Source of the DNA: an uncultured Candidatus Saccharibacteria bacterium
GTDB taxonomy: Bacteria > Patescibacteriota > Minisyncoccia > Phycocordibacterales > UBA2100
Assembly: GCA_964520015.1 (NCBI GenBank)
Contig: CAZFMA010000038.1
Coordinates: 1 to 34,403 of the forward strand
Direction: 5' to 3'
Length of the DNA: 34,403 nucleotides
Below the pieces are notes generated by a model that worked only from the letters and a program-made list of their open reading frames with translations, was not told where the DNA came from and did not search any database. The translations under genes were made by a program, and so were the position numbers. Shown one piece after another: positions 1 through 10,612 of this stretch (position 1 is its first letter; each line of letters opens with the position of its first letter).

Positions 1-454
1 AACCGCAACCAAAACTCTGATCGAGTACTGGATGTTGGGAGCAATGAATCCGCTTCCCGTTGAGAAACGCACCACGATTCGCTTTTGCAAAGAAAAATTC
101 CTTGGTCGCAGGGAGATTTATCACCGACAAGATGACTTTGCCTTTGTGAACAAGACAGATCATGACCCCAAACATGGGGATGCCTTTTGAGAAATTGAGT
201 GTGCCATCGATGGGATCGATAATCCAGACGTATTCTGCTCCTTCATTTCTGACGCCGCTCTCTTCCGAAATAATGCCGTGGGTTGGATATCTTTTTATAA
301 TCCTCGATGTTATAAGTTTGTCGGCAAGAAGATCGGCCTTGGTAACAACATCCCAAATATGCTGGGATTTCATGTAGTGCATTCCGTCTTTTCCGAAACG
401 CTTGAGGACTGCATCGCCTGCTTCGCGGGCGAGATTTTGAATGAATTTATCCAT
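1..454 (-). CDS. Inositol monophosphatase family protein (SuhB-like). N-terminal part only; the 3' end is cut by the window edge.
   Basis: Own translation of the minus strand from the ATG at 454-452: MDKFIQNLAREAGDAVLKRFGK...GAEYVWIIDPIDGTLNFSKGIPMFGVMICL. It contains the IMPase WxIDPIDGT motif. The ORF is absent from the track because it is truncated. Confidence 0.8.
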   Translation of the reverse strand, partial: MDKFIQNLAREAGDAVLKRFGKDGMHYMKSQHIWDVVTKADLLADKLITSRIIKRYPTHGIISEESGVRNEGAEYVWIIDPIDGTLNFSKGIPMFGVMICLVHKGKVILSVINLPATKEFFFAKANRGAFLNGKRIHCSQHPVLDQSFGCG

Positions 455-464
455 AGGATGAAGT

Positions 465-1388
465 CTACTTCTTTGTGCTATGTCCGCCAAACTGTCCGCG
501 AAGGGCGGAGAGGAGTTTACCGGTATAGCTTGGCTTTTTTGCCGATTGCACACGGAATTTGAATGAGTCTTCGATAACGATGATTGGTGTCTTATGCTTT
601 TTTGCTGTTTTTACAGTCCATTCACCTTCGCCTGTATGCGCAACAGATCCGGAGACGTCCTTGAGGTCCTCGCCGTATTCTTCAAGCGCCTTCTTCATCC
701 ATCCCACTAGTCGGGATTCTATAACGCTCTTATGATTGTAGATATCAGCGACGCGTATGAGGTCGAGTTTGTATTTCGACTTCTTAAGAAGGGCGAAACC
801 TTCTGCGAGGGATTGCATCATTCCATAGTCGATACCGTTGAGAATCATCTTTACAAAATGCCCGGCTCCAGCGCCGAGGAAAAATTGATACCCGTCTTTG
901 ACCGCCAGATCCTTAAAGAGTTGTTCGTATGCCTTAAACGTCCCGGGATCTCCTCCGATCATCAGGCATCCCCCATTGCGCGCTCCAGAGGGACCCCCTG
1001 AAAATCCAACGTCCATGTATTTCAGTCCCATTTTTTCGATTTTCTTCGAGCGGCGGATCGAATCCTCGTAATACGAGTTGCCGCCGTCGATAATGATATC
1101 CCCTTTGGACAGGTGTTGGGTGATGCCGTCTTTTCCAAACAACATATCATCGACGACTTTGCCGGCCGGGAGCATGAGCCATACGATCCGCGGCGTCTCG
1201 AGCTGGTGAATAAGTGCTGAGGGCGTCAGCGCTTCATGCATTCCTTCATCACGCAGCGTGTGCATGATCTCTTCGCTCCGATTATGCCCGCGTACCTTCC
1301 AGCCCTTTTCAAGTAATTGGCGAACGATACCCGCACCCATTTTCCCCAATCCTATGATTCCAATTTCCTTTCTCATCAGTCTATTCAT
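465..1388 (-). CDS. gnd: 6-phosphogluconate dehydrogenase (decarboxylating), short ~300-aa type
   Basis: 307-aa ORF with an N-terminal Rossmann motif (IGIIGLGKMG), GGNSYYEDS, and a C-terminal 6PGDH-like region. It lies directly downstream of zwf. Confidence 0.8.
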   Translation of the reverse strand: MNRLMRKEIGIIGLGKMGAGIVRQLLEKGWKVRGHNRSEEIMHTLRDEGMHEALTPSALIHQLETPRIVWLMLPAGKVVDDMLFGKDGITQHLSKGDIIIDGGNSYYEDSIRRSKKIEKMGLKYMDVGFSGGPSGARNGGCLMIGGDPGTFKAYEQLFKDLAVKDGYQFFLGAGAGHFVKMILNGIDYGMMQSLAEGFALLKKSKYKLDLIRVADIYNHKSVIESRLVGWMKKALEEYGEDLKDVSGSVAHTGEGEWTVKTAKKHKTPIIVIEDSFKFRVQSAKKPSYTGKLLSALRGQFGGHSTKK

Positions 1389-1402
1389 ACCATTACGCCA
1401 AA

Positions 1403-2830
1403 TTAGCTGTTATATCTCGTATCAGGCTCGTACATCATAAGCGGAGAGGCACCCCGCTGCCAAGCTGCAATAATAGGGTCGGTAAAGCGCCACATAGCGC
1501 GTATTTCGTCGGTCGAGATAAAAAGCGTTCGGTCTCCCTCGATGCAATCTAAAAGCAGCTTCGCATACTCTTCCACGTAGGGCACGTGTTCACTCGTGTC
1601 GCGCATCATGTAGCGAAACTCGCGGCGTTCCGTTTCGAAGGTGAAGCCCAGCTTTTTCGCCCAGAACTCGATAAGTATTTCCTCGCGTGGCTCCATGCGG
1701 AAAATAATCTCATTTTTGTGGTGTGAGCCATCAGGCGGACAGAGGCACGGCTTCGGATGCCGCAAGGTAACCACAATTTCTTTCAGTGGTTCACCCATGC
1801 GCTTGCCACTCTCCATAATAATCGATACCCCCTTCCATTTGGGATCATCTAACTCCGCGCGAATCTTGAAGTACGTTTCAGTCTCTGAATCCGGTGCGAC
1901 GCCTGCAATGTCGCGATAGCCTTTGTATTGTGCGCGAGATGTCTTTTCCCCGACTTCGCTCGGAGAAAGGACGTGCAGCGTCTCCAGAATGGCCGCGCGC
2001 TTGGTCTGGATAGCCGTCGCGCGATACTCTGTCGGGTGCTCCATCGTGACGAGCGCCAGCATCTGGAGAATATGATTCTGGCCGACATCACGGAAGGTTC
2101 CCACGGCGTCATAAAACGGTCCTCGTGTCTCGACTCCGATTTTTTCCAAGAGCCTGAGGTTGATGCTCTCGATGAGATCTTTCCCCCACGGTATCTCAAA
2201 GAGATTGTTTGAAAAACGGAAAGTCAGGACATTTTGCAGCATCTCTTTGCCGAGGTAGTGATCAATGCGATAGATCTGCTGTTCGACAAAATGCTTTCCC
2301 ACGAGCTCATCGATCTCCTTTGCCGTTTCCAAATCCATGCCAAATGGCTTTTCGACAATGATGTGCGCCCACGCCTCTCCTTCTTTCAATTCCTTCGGAC
2401 CGCGCAGACCGCCGCGCGAAATCTGCTCTATGATGGTTTTATAGTGCTCCGGGGCGACGGCGAGATAAAAAAGTTTATTCGACGACATTCCCCATTCCCG
2501 ATCACTTTCTTCAAACGCGACCTTCAATCGATCGTAGCTTTCTGCATCTTCAAACTCTCCCTTCTGAAAACGGAATAGTGAGATGAATGAGGTGATAGTG
2601 TCCTTCGAAAGTGCCACCTCCGTGCGCTTTTCCAAAATTTCTCGTATATAAGTCTGAAATTCTTCGTCACTCCAATCGCGACGAGAGAACCCTATGATAC
2701 GAAACCTTTCGGGCAACTTGCCGTGGGTATGAAGATGATAGAGAGCGGGAATGACTTTTCTCTGCATCAAATCCCCCGTCGCCCCGAATGCTACGAATAT
2801 GGTGGGAAGGTTACTATTCGTGGCAACCAT
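1403..2830 (-). CDS. zwf: Glucose-6-phosphate 1-dehydrogenase
   Basis: 475-aa ORF with FGATGDLMQRK at the N-terminus, the RIDHYLGKE active-site motif, and typical length. Confidence 0.92.
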   Translation of the reverse strand: MVATNSNLPTIFVAFGATGDLMQRKVIPALYHLHTHGKLPERFRIIGFSRRDWSDEEFQTYIREILEKRTEVALSKDTITSFISLFRFQKGEFEDAESYDRLKVAFEESDREWGMSSNKLFYLAVAPEHYKTIIEQISRGGLRGPKELKEGEAWAHIIVEKPFGMDLETAKEIDELVGKHFVEQQIYRIDHYLGKEMLQNVLTFRFSNNLFEIPWGKDLIESINLRLLEKIGVETRGPFYDAVGTFRDVGQNHILQMLALVTMEHPTEYRATAIQTKRAAILETLHVLSPSEVGEKTSRAQYKGYRDIAGVAPDSETETYFKIRAELDDPKWKGVSIIMESGKRMGEPLKEIVVTLRHPKPCLCPPDGSHHKNEIIFRMEPREEILIEFWAKKLGFTFETERREFRYMMRDTSEHVPYVEEYAKLLLDCIEGDRTLFISTDEIRAMWRFTDPIIAAWQRGASPLMMYEPDTRYNS

Positions 2831-2839
2831 GTGTGGTTA

Positions 2840-3937
2840 TTATACACTTGAAAATAGACCTTTCTTAAATGACAGTTCGGCATTCAGAATGCCGCCGCCG
2901 GCTGCGCCACGAACAGTGTTGTGCGAGAGTGCGACAAATTTGTAATCGAATACCGGGCAAGGGCGAAGCCTCCCGACGGAGACGGCCATTGCTTTATCGG
3001 CATCACGATCCATTTTTGGCTGCGGACGATTCGGTTCATCGCGGTAAATGATTGGCTGTTTAGGAGCAAGCGGAAGGTCGAGTTCTTGTGGTACTCCACG
3101 GAATTTTGCCCACACTTCTTTGATCTCTTGAATCGAAGGCTTTTTACCTTTGAACGAGATATTTACGCATGCAAGATGGCCGTCGGAAACCGGTACACGA
3201 TTACATTGCGCAGAAATCGTCATGCCCGCAAAGGGAACAAACTCTCCTCCTTTGATATCACCCAAAATTTTGAGTGGCTCCTCTTCGGTCTTCTCTTCCT
3301 CGCCACCGATAAATGGAATGACATTGTCGATGACATCAAGCGAAGCAACGCCCGGATATCCTGCGCCCGAAACCGCCTGCATCGTGGTTACCGCCACTTT
3401 ATCGATCTCGTACCCGGCCTGCATAAGCGCGTAGAGTGGTGTGAGATAGCTTTGTAGACTGCAGTTGGGCTTCACGACGATAAATCCTTTCTTCCATCCT
3501 CGCGCCCTTTGCTGCTCAGGAATAATATTTAAATGATCCGCATTAATTTCCGCGATAAGCATCGGCACATTCGCAGTGTGGCGATGCGCGGAAGCATTTG
3601 AAAAGACAGGAATTCCTGCAGCAGCATACGAATCTTCCGCTGCCTTAATCGCCTCTTTATCAGGCATTTCAAACGCAGAAAATACGAGATGGCATTCACC
3701 TGCAGCTTTTGCTACATCAGCAACATCCTGCACGATGAGATTGGCAATCGCCTCTGGAAGCTCTCCTCCCACGAGCCATCCGCTTTTGAGGGCTTCTTTA
3801 TAACTCTTGCCAGCCGATTGCGGCGAAGCTGCTACATATGCGACGCGGAACCACGGATGGTTCGCGAGTAAACGAATATACTGCTGCCCGACCATGCCGG
3901 TAGCTCCCAAGACGCCAACGGGAATTTTTTTATTCAT
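2840..3937 (-). CDS. asd: Aspartate-semialdehyde dehydrogenase
   Basis: 365-aa ORF with the GATGMVGQ NAD(P)-binding motif, NCSLQS around the catalytic Cys, and SHNTVRGAAG near the C-terminus. Confidence 0.9.
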   Translation of the reverse strand: MNKKIPVGVLGATGMVGQQYIRLLANHPWFRVAYVAASPQSAGKSYKEALKSGWLVGGELPEAIANLIVQDVADVAKAAGECHLVFSAFEMPDKEAIKAAEDSYAAAGIPVFSNASAHRHTANVPMLIAEINADHLNIIPEQQRARGWKKGFIVVKPNCSLQSYLTPLYALMQAGYEIDKVAVTTMQAVSGAGYPGVASLDVIDNVIPFIGGEEEKTEEEPLKILGDIKGGEFVPFAGMTISAQCNRVPVSDGHLACVNISFKGKKPSIQEIKEVWAKFRGVPQELDLPLAPKQPIIYRDEPNRPQPKMDRDADKAMAVSVGRLRPCPVFDYKFVALSHNTVRGAAGGGILNAELSFKKGLFSSV

Positions 3938-3938
3938 A

Positions 3939-4072
3939 CCCAGCTAGTACAATTTGGCATCGTTTCTGCCGCTGATTAATTCTGCTTTCATACAAATACC
4001 GCGATTACCGAAACTAATCTCATTTCTGTGATCATACCGGTAACCAAGGAAATGCCAAATTGTACTGCTGGG
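3939..4072. mobile_element. MITE-like element, copy 1 (134 bp)
   Basis: The left arm is CCCAGCTAGTACAATTTGGCAT (3939-3960). The right arm is ATGCCAAATTGTACTGCTGGG (4052-4072), a 21/22 inverted repeat. It is flanked by the direct repeat CATA at 3935-3938 and 4073-4076. Confidence 0.65.
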
Positions 4073-4083
4073 CATAAGGTATT

Positions 4084-6591
4084 TTACATTGTAACAGCAG
4101 CCGTGCGCAAAATATCGGCAAACACGCCTGCAGCTGTGACCTCCGCGCCCGCACCTGGTCCTTGAATGACGAGTGGCGATTTTTGATATCGCTCGGTGAA
4201 GAAGGCGATGATGTTGTCATTGCCATAGAGCACGTAGAAAGGATGGAGTGCATCCACTGCCTGCAAGCTCACGCTCGCTTTGCCCTTGTTCAGCGTCGCG
4301 ACATAACGAAGTACTTTGCCGCTTTTCTCCGCGGCACGCTTCTTTGTCTCAAATATATGATCTTCCTTTTTCAACTGCTCGAAAAACTTTTCTACGGTCG
4401 GCGCTTTGCGGGCGCGCTCCGAGAGCAAGCTCTGTACTTTTACATCCTTCAGCTTCAGCGGTATTCCCATATCACGCGCAAGAATGAGAATCTTCCGTGC
4501 GACATCCATGCCACTCAAGTCATTGCGAGGATCGGCATCGGCGAATCCAAGTTTGCGTGCTTCCATCACAATATCGCTAAAGGCTCGCGTGCCCTTAAAA
4601 TTGTCGAAGACATAACTCAAGGTGCCTGAAAGCACAGCCTCGATACGCGTCACACGGTCTCCCGAAAGGAGAAGATCCTTCAGAGTTCCCAGTACCGGCA
4701 ATCCTGCACCAACGTTGGTCTCGTACAAGAATTTAACTCCATATTTTGAAGCAGCGGTTTTGAGTGCGAGGTAGCGCTCATACGAACCGGAATTCGCGGA
4801 CTTATTAGGCGTCGCGATCGATACACCAGCACGAAGCACATCGATATAACGCGCGGCGATTTCTTCGCTCGTTGTACAGTCCACAAAGACGCTGTTGGGT
4901 AAATCCATTGCTTTCATGTTCTCGATGAACGTCCGGATATTCATTTTTGTTTTCGATCCTTTCAATTGTTTCTGCCAGTCTTCCGCTGGTATACCGCCGT
5001 TGTCGTCGATGATCATGCGGGATTCGTCAGCAAGCCCGATCAAACGAACTACGTATCCGTGGTCTCGTTCCAGGGCTTCCGCTTGTCTGGCGATTTGTTT
5101 TAGAAGTGCGGCACCCACAAGGCCAGTATCCACCATAAAGACATTAATGATGACCTGTTCCGGCGAGAAGAACGCAGCATGAACGGCGTTCAGGGCTTTA
5201 ATCGAGTCTTCCTTTTTGATCACGATGGAGATGTTCAACTCCGAGGCACCCTGGGCGATCGCGACGATGTTGATACCGTTTTGACCGATCGTCTGGAAGA
5301 ACCGCCCTGCGATACCGCGTCTGCTTTTCATCCCTTCGCCGACAATAGAAAGGATAGAGAGATCGTCGGTGATGATCACAGGGTCGATGAGACGTGATTG
5401 GAGTTCAAGTACAAATTCTTCCTCGATCGCCTCCCGTGCTTTCTCCGCTTCACTCGTGGTAACCACGAGCGAGATCGAATGCTGCGATGAGGCTTGTGTA
5501 ATCAAAATGACGTTCACCTTTGCACGGGCAAGAGAACCAAAGAGTCTTCCAGAAGCTCCTCGCACACTTGAGAGGCCGCTCCCCTCCACTTGTATCATCG
5601 AAATATTGTTGACCGATGTAATGCCTTTGATGTGAGTCTCCAAGACTTCTGTCTTTTTGCTTACGATCGTGCCCAATGCATCGGGCTCAAATGTATTTTT
5701 GATATGGATGGGAATGTTGCTTTCCATTGCAGGACGCATAGTCGGCGGATGCAAGACTTTCGCGCCAAAATATGACATCTCGGCTGCTTCGAGATAACTC
5801 ATGGAGCGAATCGGAAGCGCGTCTTTGACTTTGCGCGGATCGGCGGTCATAACGCCCGAGACATCGGTCCAGATTTCAATTGAACGTGCTTTGAGCGCTG
5901 CGCCAAGAATCGAGGCGCTGTAATCGCTCCCCCCGCGCCCCAGCGTCGTCGTTGCCCCGCGCGGAGTCGATGCAATGAATCCGGTGACAATTTGGAGTTT
6001 GGGGTGTTTCCTGAAATACGCTCGGATTGCTTTGTTTGTGACGGGGAAATTAACTATCGCTTCGCCGAAGGTTTCGTCGGTTGTGATGATAGAGCGTGCA
6101 TTCAAATATTCGGCGCGCACCCCGCGATCCGAGAGTGCATCGGTAAGAAGGTGCGCTGAGAGCCGCTCGCCATAACTCATGATGTAATCCAATGCGCCGA
6201 GGGAAAGCTCGCTCACGAGATATACTCCGCGCGCCAAACCTTCGAGCGAATCAACAAGTGCCTTAATGTTAGCAATTGCTTCCGCACGATTGCGCTCCGA
6301 GATAAGATCATTTGCTACCTTGATGTGTCGCTTCTCTATTTCACGAATGAGTTTTTTGTAGGAATCATCTTTTACTGCAGCGCGAGACGCAATATCTATC
6401 AATTGGTCTGTAACGCCGCTCATCGCGGAGACGACTACCGCTGCGACTCGTGCATCCTGCTGGGGCTTTTTCACGATGCTGATGACGCGTCGAATTGCCT
6501 CCGTGGACCCCATGGAAGTACCCCCAAATTTGAGGACTTTTATTCCCTTTGGCGAAGAACCGGAAGGCGTAATTGCCTTTGTTCCTTTCAT
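4084..6591 (-). CDS. thrA: Bifunctional aspartokinase / homoserine dehydrogenase
   Basis: 835-aa ORF. It has the KFGGTS aspartokinase N-terminus, a central ACT-like region, and a C-terminal homoserine dehydrogenase region (GPGAGAEVTAAGV). Confidence 0.9.
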   Translation of the reverse strand: MKGTKAITPSGSSPKGIKVLKFGGTSMGSTEAIRRVISIVKKPQQDARVAAVVVSAMSGVTDQLIDIASRAAVKDDSYKKLIREIEKRHIKVANDLISERNRAEAIANIKALVDSLEGLARGVYLVSELSLGALDYIMSYGERLSAHLLTDALSDRGVRAEYLNARSIITTDETFGEAIVNFPVTNKAIRAYFRKHPKLQIVTGFIASTPRGATTTLGRGGSDYSASILGAALKARSIEIWTDVSGVMTADPRKVKDALPIRSMSYLEAAEMSYFGAKVLHPPTMRPAMESNIPIHIKNTFEPDALGTIVSKKTEVLETHIKGITSVNNISMIQVEGSGLSSVRGASGRLFGSLARAKVNVILITQASSQHSISLVVTTSEAEKAREAIEEEFVLELQSRLIDPVIITDDLSILSIVGEGMKSRRGIAGRFFQTIGQNGINIVAIAQGASELNISIVIKKEDSIKALNAVHAAFFSPEQVIINVFMVDTGLVGAALLKQIARQAEALERDHGYVVRLIGLADESRMIIDDNGGIPAEDWQKQLKGSKTKMNIRTFIENMKAMDLPNSVFVDCTTSEEIAARYIDVLRAGVSIATPNKSANSGSYERYLALKTAASKYGVKFLYETNVGAGLPVLGTLKDLLLSGDRVTRIEAVLSGTLSYVFDNFKGTRAFSDIVMEARKLGFADADPRNDLSGMDVARKILILARDMGIPLKLKDVKVQSLLSERARKAPTVEKFFEQLKKEDHIFETKKRAAEKSGKVLRYVATLNKGKASVSLQAVDALHPFYVLYGNDNIIAFFTERYQKSPLVIQGPGAGAEVTAAGVFADILRTAAVTM

Positions 6592-6632
6592 ACGTTTACG
6601 TTAACACACATATATCAAAGTGTCAAAGTTCC

Positions 6633-7919
6633 CTAGGCTTTTGCGGCCTCTTTTGCCTCTTCCTCCCCTGTCGCCATCTCCACTTCCGCGACAATCGCCT
6701 GTGGCTCATGCTTCTTCTGGAGAGAGAGTGCAGTATACGCTGCCGCGAGGATCGCGGTTATGCCGCCTACAGCAAGTGCCCACCGAGCATTGACTACCTC
6801 TCCAATGAGACCGATAACAGGAGCCCCGATGACGGTCGAGCCGAAAATAACCGTCGACCAGAGCGACATAATTCGTCCACGCATAGAAGCGAGAGATTCG
6901 AGTTGAATCATCGTGCTGCCGAGCGATGTTACGTTAACGGAGAAAAATCCGACAAAAATCATCCCGATGATCGCAAGCGAGAGCGTAGGCATTATGGCGG
7001 TGAAGCAAATCGCAATGCCAAAGAGCAAGGCTGCTATCACGAATTCCCGCAGTGTGATCGTCGGCCGACTCGCCGAGTATAATCCGCCGGCAACAGAGCC
7101 TGCTCCCATCGCAGAGAGAAGCGCAGCATAATCCGCCGCAGTTCCATAGAAAGTGTTTTGAGCGAGAAGGGAGAGCGAAACTTGAAATTCATAGGTGAAA
7201 GTACCGATTGCGAGCATTGCAAGGAGAATAGTCCGGATGAGCGGCACCGACGCGGCATAGATAATCCCTGCAAACAGATTGGTAATAGGGGCAGAATCTT
7301 TTTCTTCATGATGTAATTCACTGGGTCGGATGCGTGAGAGCATAAAAAGCACGGCGCAGAATGAAACGGCGTTCGCTGCAAAACAAAAAGCGATCCCCAC
7401 TGTTGCAATGAGAGAACCCGCGATCAAGGGTCCGATCGCACGAGCGACGTTTGCATTTGTAGAGTTCAGTGCAACGGCATTTCGTACATTATCTCTGCCC
7501 ACCATTTCATGGACGAAGGTCTGACGTGCGGGATTATCGATCGTAGCGACAACTCCAATTATCAACGCTAAGATGTAGAGCATCCAAATTTGAATGCTGC
7601 CGGTATACACAAGTATGCTGAGTATGAGCGCGAGAAGTGCAAGGGATGTTTGCGTCACATAGAGAATGTGGCGCTTGTTGAATTTATCAACAACAATGCC
7701 GGCAAACGGTCCACCAATAAGCATGGGCAAAAAGCGGAATGCGAGTACGGTCCCCAAGGCTACGCCAGAGCCGCTTAGCTGAAGCACGAGCCAGCTTAAG
7801 GCGACAATCTGCATCCACGTGCCGGCATTCGATAATGCCTGCCCTATAAAATAGAGACGGTAATTACGGACCTTAAGAGACGAAAACATCTGATGCCCCA
7901 ATTGCCGAATCGCGTTCAT
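6633..7919 (-). CDS. MFS transporter
   Basis: 428-aa ORF, hydrophobic throughout with about 12 predicted helices. The N-terminus (FRxLWxGQ-like, VRNYRLYFIGQALSNAGTWMQ) is typical of MFS_3/EntS-like exporters. Confidence 0.8.
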   Translation of the reverse strand: MNAIRQLGHQMFSSLKVRNYRLYFIGQALSNAGTWMQIVALSWLVLQLSGSGVALGTVLAFRFLPMLIGGPFAGIVVDKFNKRHILYVTQTSLALLALILSILVYTGSIQIWMLYILALIIGVVATIDNPARQTFVHEMVGRDNVRNAVALNSTNANVARAIGPLIAGSLIATVGIAFCFAANAVSFCAVLFMLSRIRPSELHHEEKDSAPITNLFAGIIYAASVPLIRTILLAMLAIGTFTYEFQVSLSLLAQNTFYGTAADYAALLSAMGAGSVAGGLYSASRPTITLREFVIAALLFGIAICFTAIMPTLSLAIIGMIFVGFFSVNVTSLGSTMIQLESLASMRGRIMSLWSTVIFGSTVIGAPVIGLIGEVVNARWALAVGGITAILAAAYTALSLQKKHEPQAIVAEVEMATGEEEAKEAAKA

Positions 7920-7926
7920 ATCAACA

Positions 7927-10599
7927 TTACGGAGTCCGCAAGCGTGCGTACGCCTTACGCACCTCTTCGGCGACGAGTATGGACGAAGCTACTATGATTA
8001 TCGTTACCCATTCGTAGAGCGTAAGCGGCGTGGTGTGCAGAATTGATTGAAGGAATGGCGTATGGAGCGCCAAAATTTGGAGCGCGATGACGATCGCCGT
8101 CGCGCCGATCAGGTACTTGTTGGAGAAAAGATTCATTTGGAATATCGACTTCGTGTCGGAGCGGCAATTCCACGCGTTGAACCATTGGAAGACGGCAAGC
8201 GTGGTAAGCGAGATCGTCCATGCTTTCGTCATGTCTGCACCCACGTAATCCTTGAAGAGATAGAGGGTTCCGATTGTCATAACGATCGCAACGAGCGCGA
8301 TCCTTCTGAACATGGCACCATCCACGAGGTATTTCTTTGGCTTCGCAAATGCCCGGCTCAGCAGGCCCTGCTCTTTCGGCTCCATCGCAAGCCCCATGTC
8401 GAGGAATCCATCCGTGACAAAATTGAGCCAGATGATTTGCGCCGCTAGCAAGGGTATGGGAAGCCCGAGAAGCATCGCGCCGATGAGGGTGAGCGTCTCC
8501 CCTGCGCTTGTGCTGAAGAGGTAGAGAATGACTCTCCGTATTGATTGATAAATACCGCGGCCCTCCTCGACTGCGGAGACAATGCTGCCGAAATTGTCGT
8601 CGAGGAGAATGATGTCCGAGGCTTCTTTGGCAACTTCGGTTCCCATTTTGCCCATCGAGACCCCGAGATCGGCGGCGACAAGCGATGGCGCGTCATTTAC
8701 CCCATCACCTGTCATCGCGATAATTTCTCCTCGTTTTTTATAGCCATTGATGAGGCGCAGCTTGTGTTCTGGCGTAACGCGCGCAAAGATCGATGTTTTC
8801 GCAAGTTTCTCCGCGAGCTCAAGATCGGAGAGAGCATCAATCTCGGCTCCCGTGAGGACGAGATCACCTGTCTGATAGATTCCTGCCTCTTTCCCTATTG
8901 CACGCGCCGTAAGAGAGTGATCCCCGGTTATCATAACGACTCGGATTCCAGCTTCTTTCGCACGGCTCATCGCGTCTCGCACTTCTACGCGAAGCGCATC
9001 CTTCATGCCGTATAAACCGAGGAATGTGAGTTTGCCGATGTGCTCCGGCTGCAGTGTCGAAATGTGCGAATTATCGTCGATAGCAAATGCAATCACGCGC
9101 AAACCCTTCGAAGACATCTCGGTAACTGCCTTTTCAATGATTTCTCGTTCCCTCTCCCCAAGCGAATGGTGCGCGCCTTCGCGCCATATCGTGTGAGAGA
9201 GCTTCAAGATTTCTTCCGGCGCGCCCACGATCGTGAGAAAATTCCTGCCTTCGTGATTGTGGAGCGTGCCGTGATACTTAAGCTTGTAATCGAAAGGAAG
9301 TTCTCCCAGCATAGGCGAGCCGTGCTCCAATGTGTCTTTGTGATATCCAACCTTTTGGGCGAAAGCGAAAAGCGCCGCCTCTGTGGGATCGCCCGAGACG
9401 CGCCAGCGCGATTCTTCTTCGGAGTAGAGCGCGCGACCAGTCGCCGAAAAGGCCGCGCACTTACCCGCATACAAAAGCCCCGGACTTTCCGCGGGATCAA
9501 TCACGACATCGCTGCGCCGGATTTCACCTTTCGGCTCGTATCCTACTCCGTCAATTCGATACGACTCTCCGCCAACCCATACTTCCTGAACGACGAGTTC
9601 GTTGCGCGTGATCGTGCCCGTCTTGTCGACTGCTATCACATTTGCCTGTCCCAAGGCTTCGACTGCCTGGAGCTCTTTGACTAGTGCGTTGCGCTTCGAC
9701 ATTCTCCACACTCCCGTCGCCAGCACCAAGGTCATTACGATGGGCAAGCCTTCAGGAATGATAGAAACGGCGAGCGAAACCACGGTTGAGAACATCGTAC
9801 GGATCGAATATCCCTGGAAAAGTCCCAGAAGAAAAATGAGAAGCCCGACGGCAAAAACGACAACGATGATAGCGCGCGAAAGACGTTCGATATTCGATTT
9901 CAAAGGAACGTCTGAGCTGATCGATGAAACCGCCTGTGCGATTTTGCCGATGGCTGTTTTCACACCCGTTGCAACGACAATCGCCTTGCCGCTCCCCGCG
10001 ACAATAGTCGTCCCTTTCCACACCATGTTGGTCTGATCCGCAGTTTGCCGATCTTTTCCAGTGAGTACTCCGTCGATCTTATCTACCGGCTCTGATTCTC
10101 CCGTGAGGGAAGATTCGTCGGTACGAAGATTTCGCGCAAGAATAAGCCGTGCATCCGCCGCAACTTTCGCTCCCTCCGGAAGAATGAGGATGTCTCCCAC
10201 TACTACTTCACTATCCGGAATGATTAATTCTTTTTCCTCACGCAGGACAATTGCCTTCGTCTCGACGAGACGCCTGAGCGCGCGAAGCGTATTTTGTGCT
10301 TTGCCTTCCTGAAAGGTTCCGACGATCGCATTAAAAAGCAACACCGCAAGGATGATCCCTCCGTCTGCAATTTCTCCCATGGCAAGGACAATTCCGGCGG
10401 CTCCGAGAAGCAGATAGATAAGCGGACTTTTGAACTGGCGCAAAAATATTTGCCACACCGTATCGGGCTTTTTCTCGGGCAACGTGTTTGCGCCACCCTC
10501 GCGCAAGCGCCGTGTCACTTCTCCCACACTCAATCCAAACTCGCTGGAGCGAAGCTCATCAAGCACCAACGGTACCGGTCGTGTATACCAATTCGTCAC
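7927..10599 (-). CDS. P2-type cation-transporting P-type ATPase (Ca2+/cation pump-like)
   Basis: 890-aa ORF with the motifs TGES, PEGLP (TM4), DKTGTIT, MITGDH and GDGVNDAPSL. The apparent start codon is GTG at 10599-10597. Confidence 0.9.
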   Translation of the reverse strand: MTNWYTRPVPLVLDELRSSEFGLSVGEVTRRLREGGANTLPEKKPDTVWQIFLRQFKSPLIYLLLGAAGIVLAMGEIADGGIILAVLLFNAIVGTFQEGKAQNTLRALRRLVETKAIVLREEKELIIPDSEVVVGDILILPEGAKVAADARLILARNLRTDESSLTGESEPVDKIDGVLTGKDRQTADQTNMVWKGTTIVAGSGKAIVVATGVKTAIGKIAQAVSSISSDVPLKSNIERLSRAIIVVVFAVGLLIFLLGLFQGYSIRTMFSTVVSLAVSIIPEGLPIVMTLVLATGVWRMSKRNALVKELQAVEALGQANVIAVDKTGTITRNELVVQEVWVGGESYRIDGVGYEPKGEIRRSDVVIDPAESPGLLYAGKCAAFSATGRALYSEEESRWRVSGDPTEAALFAFAQKVGYHKDTLEHGSPMLGELPFDYKLKYHGTLHNHEGRNFLTIVGAPEEILKLSHTIWREGAHHSLGEREREIIEKAVTEMSSKGLRVIAFAIDDNSHISTLQPEHIGKLTFLGLYGMKDALRVEVRDAMSRAKEAGIRVVMITGDHSLTARAIGKEAGIYQTGDLVLTGAEIDALSDLELAEKLAKTSIFARVTPEHKLRLINGYKKRGEIIAMTGDGVNDAPSLVAADLGVSMGKMGTEVAKEASDIILLDDNFGSIVSAVEEGRGIYQSIRRVILYLFSTSAGETLTLIGAMLLGLPIPLLAAQIIWLNFVTDGFLDMGLAMEPKEQGLLSRAFAKPKKYLVDGAMFRRIALVAIVMTIGTLYLFKDYVGADMTKAWTISLTTLAVFQWFNAWNCRSDTKSIFQMNLFSNKYLIGATAIVIALQILALHTPFLQSILHTTPLTLYEWVTIIIVASSILVAEEVRKAYARLRTP

Positions 10600-10612
10600 G
10601 CTCTATATTCTA

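Noticed and set aside
3939-4072. Amino-acid (e.g. lysine) riboswitch or attenuator leader upstream of asd
   Set aside because: I could not recognise any conserved riboswitch core. The segment is bounded by a 21-bp inverted repeat and a 4-nt direct repeat like three other elements in the window. A mobile-element origin is the simpler reading, although a secondary regulatory effect is not excluded.
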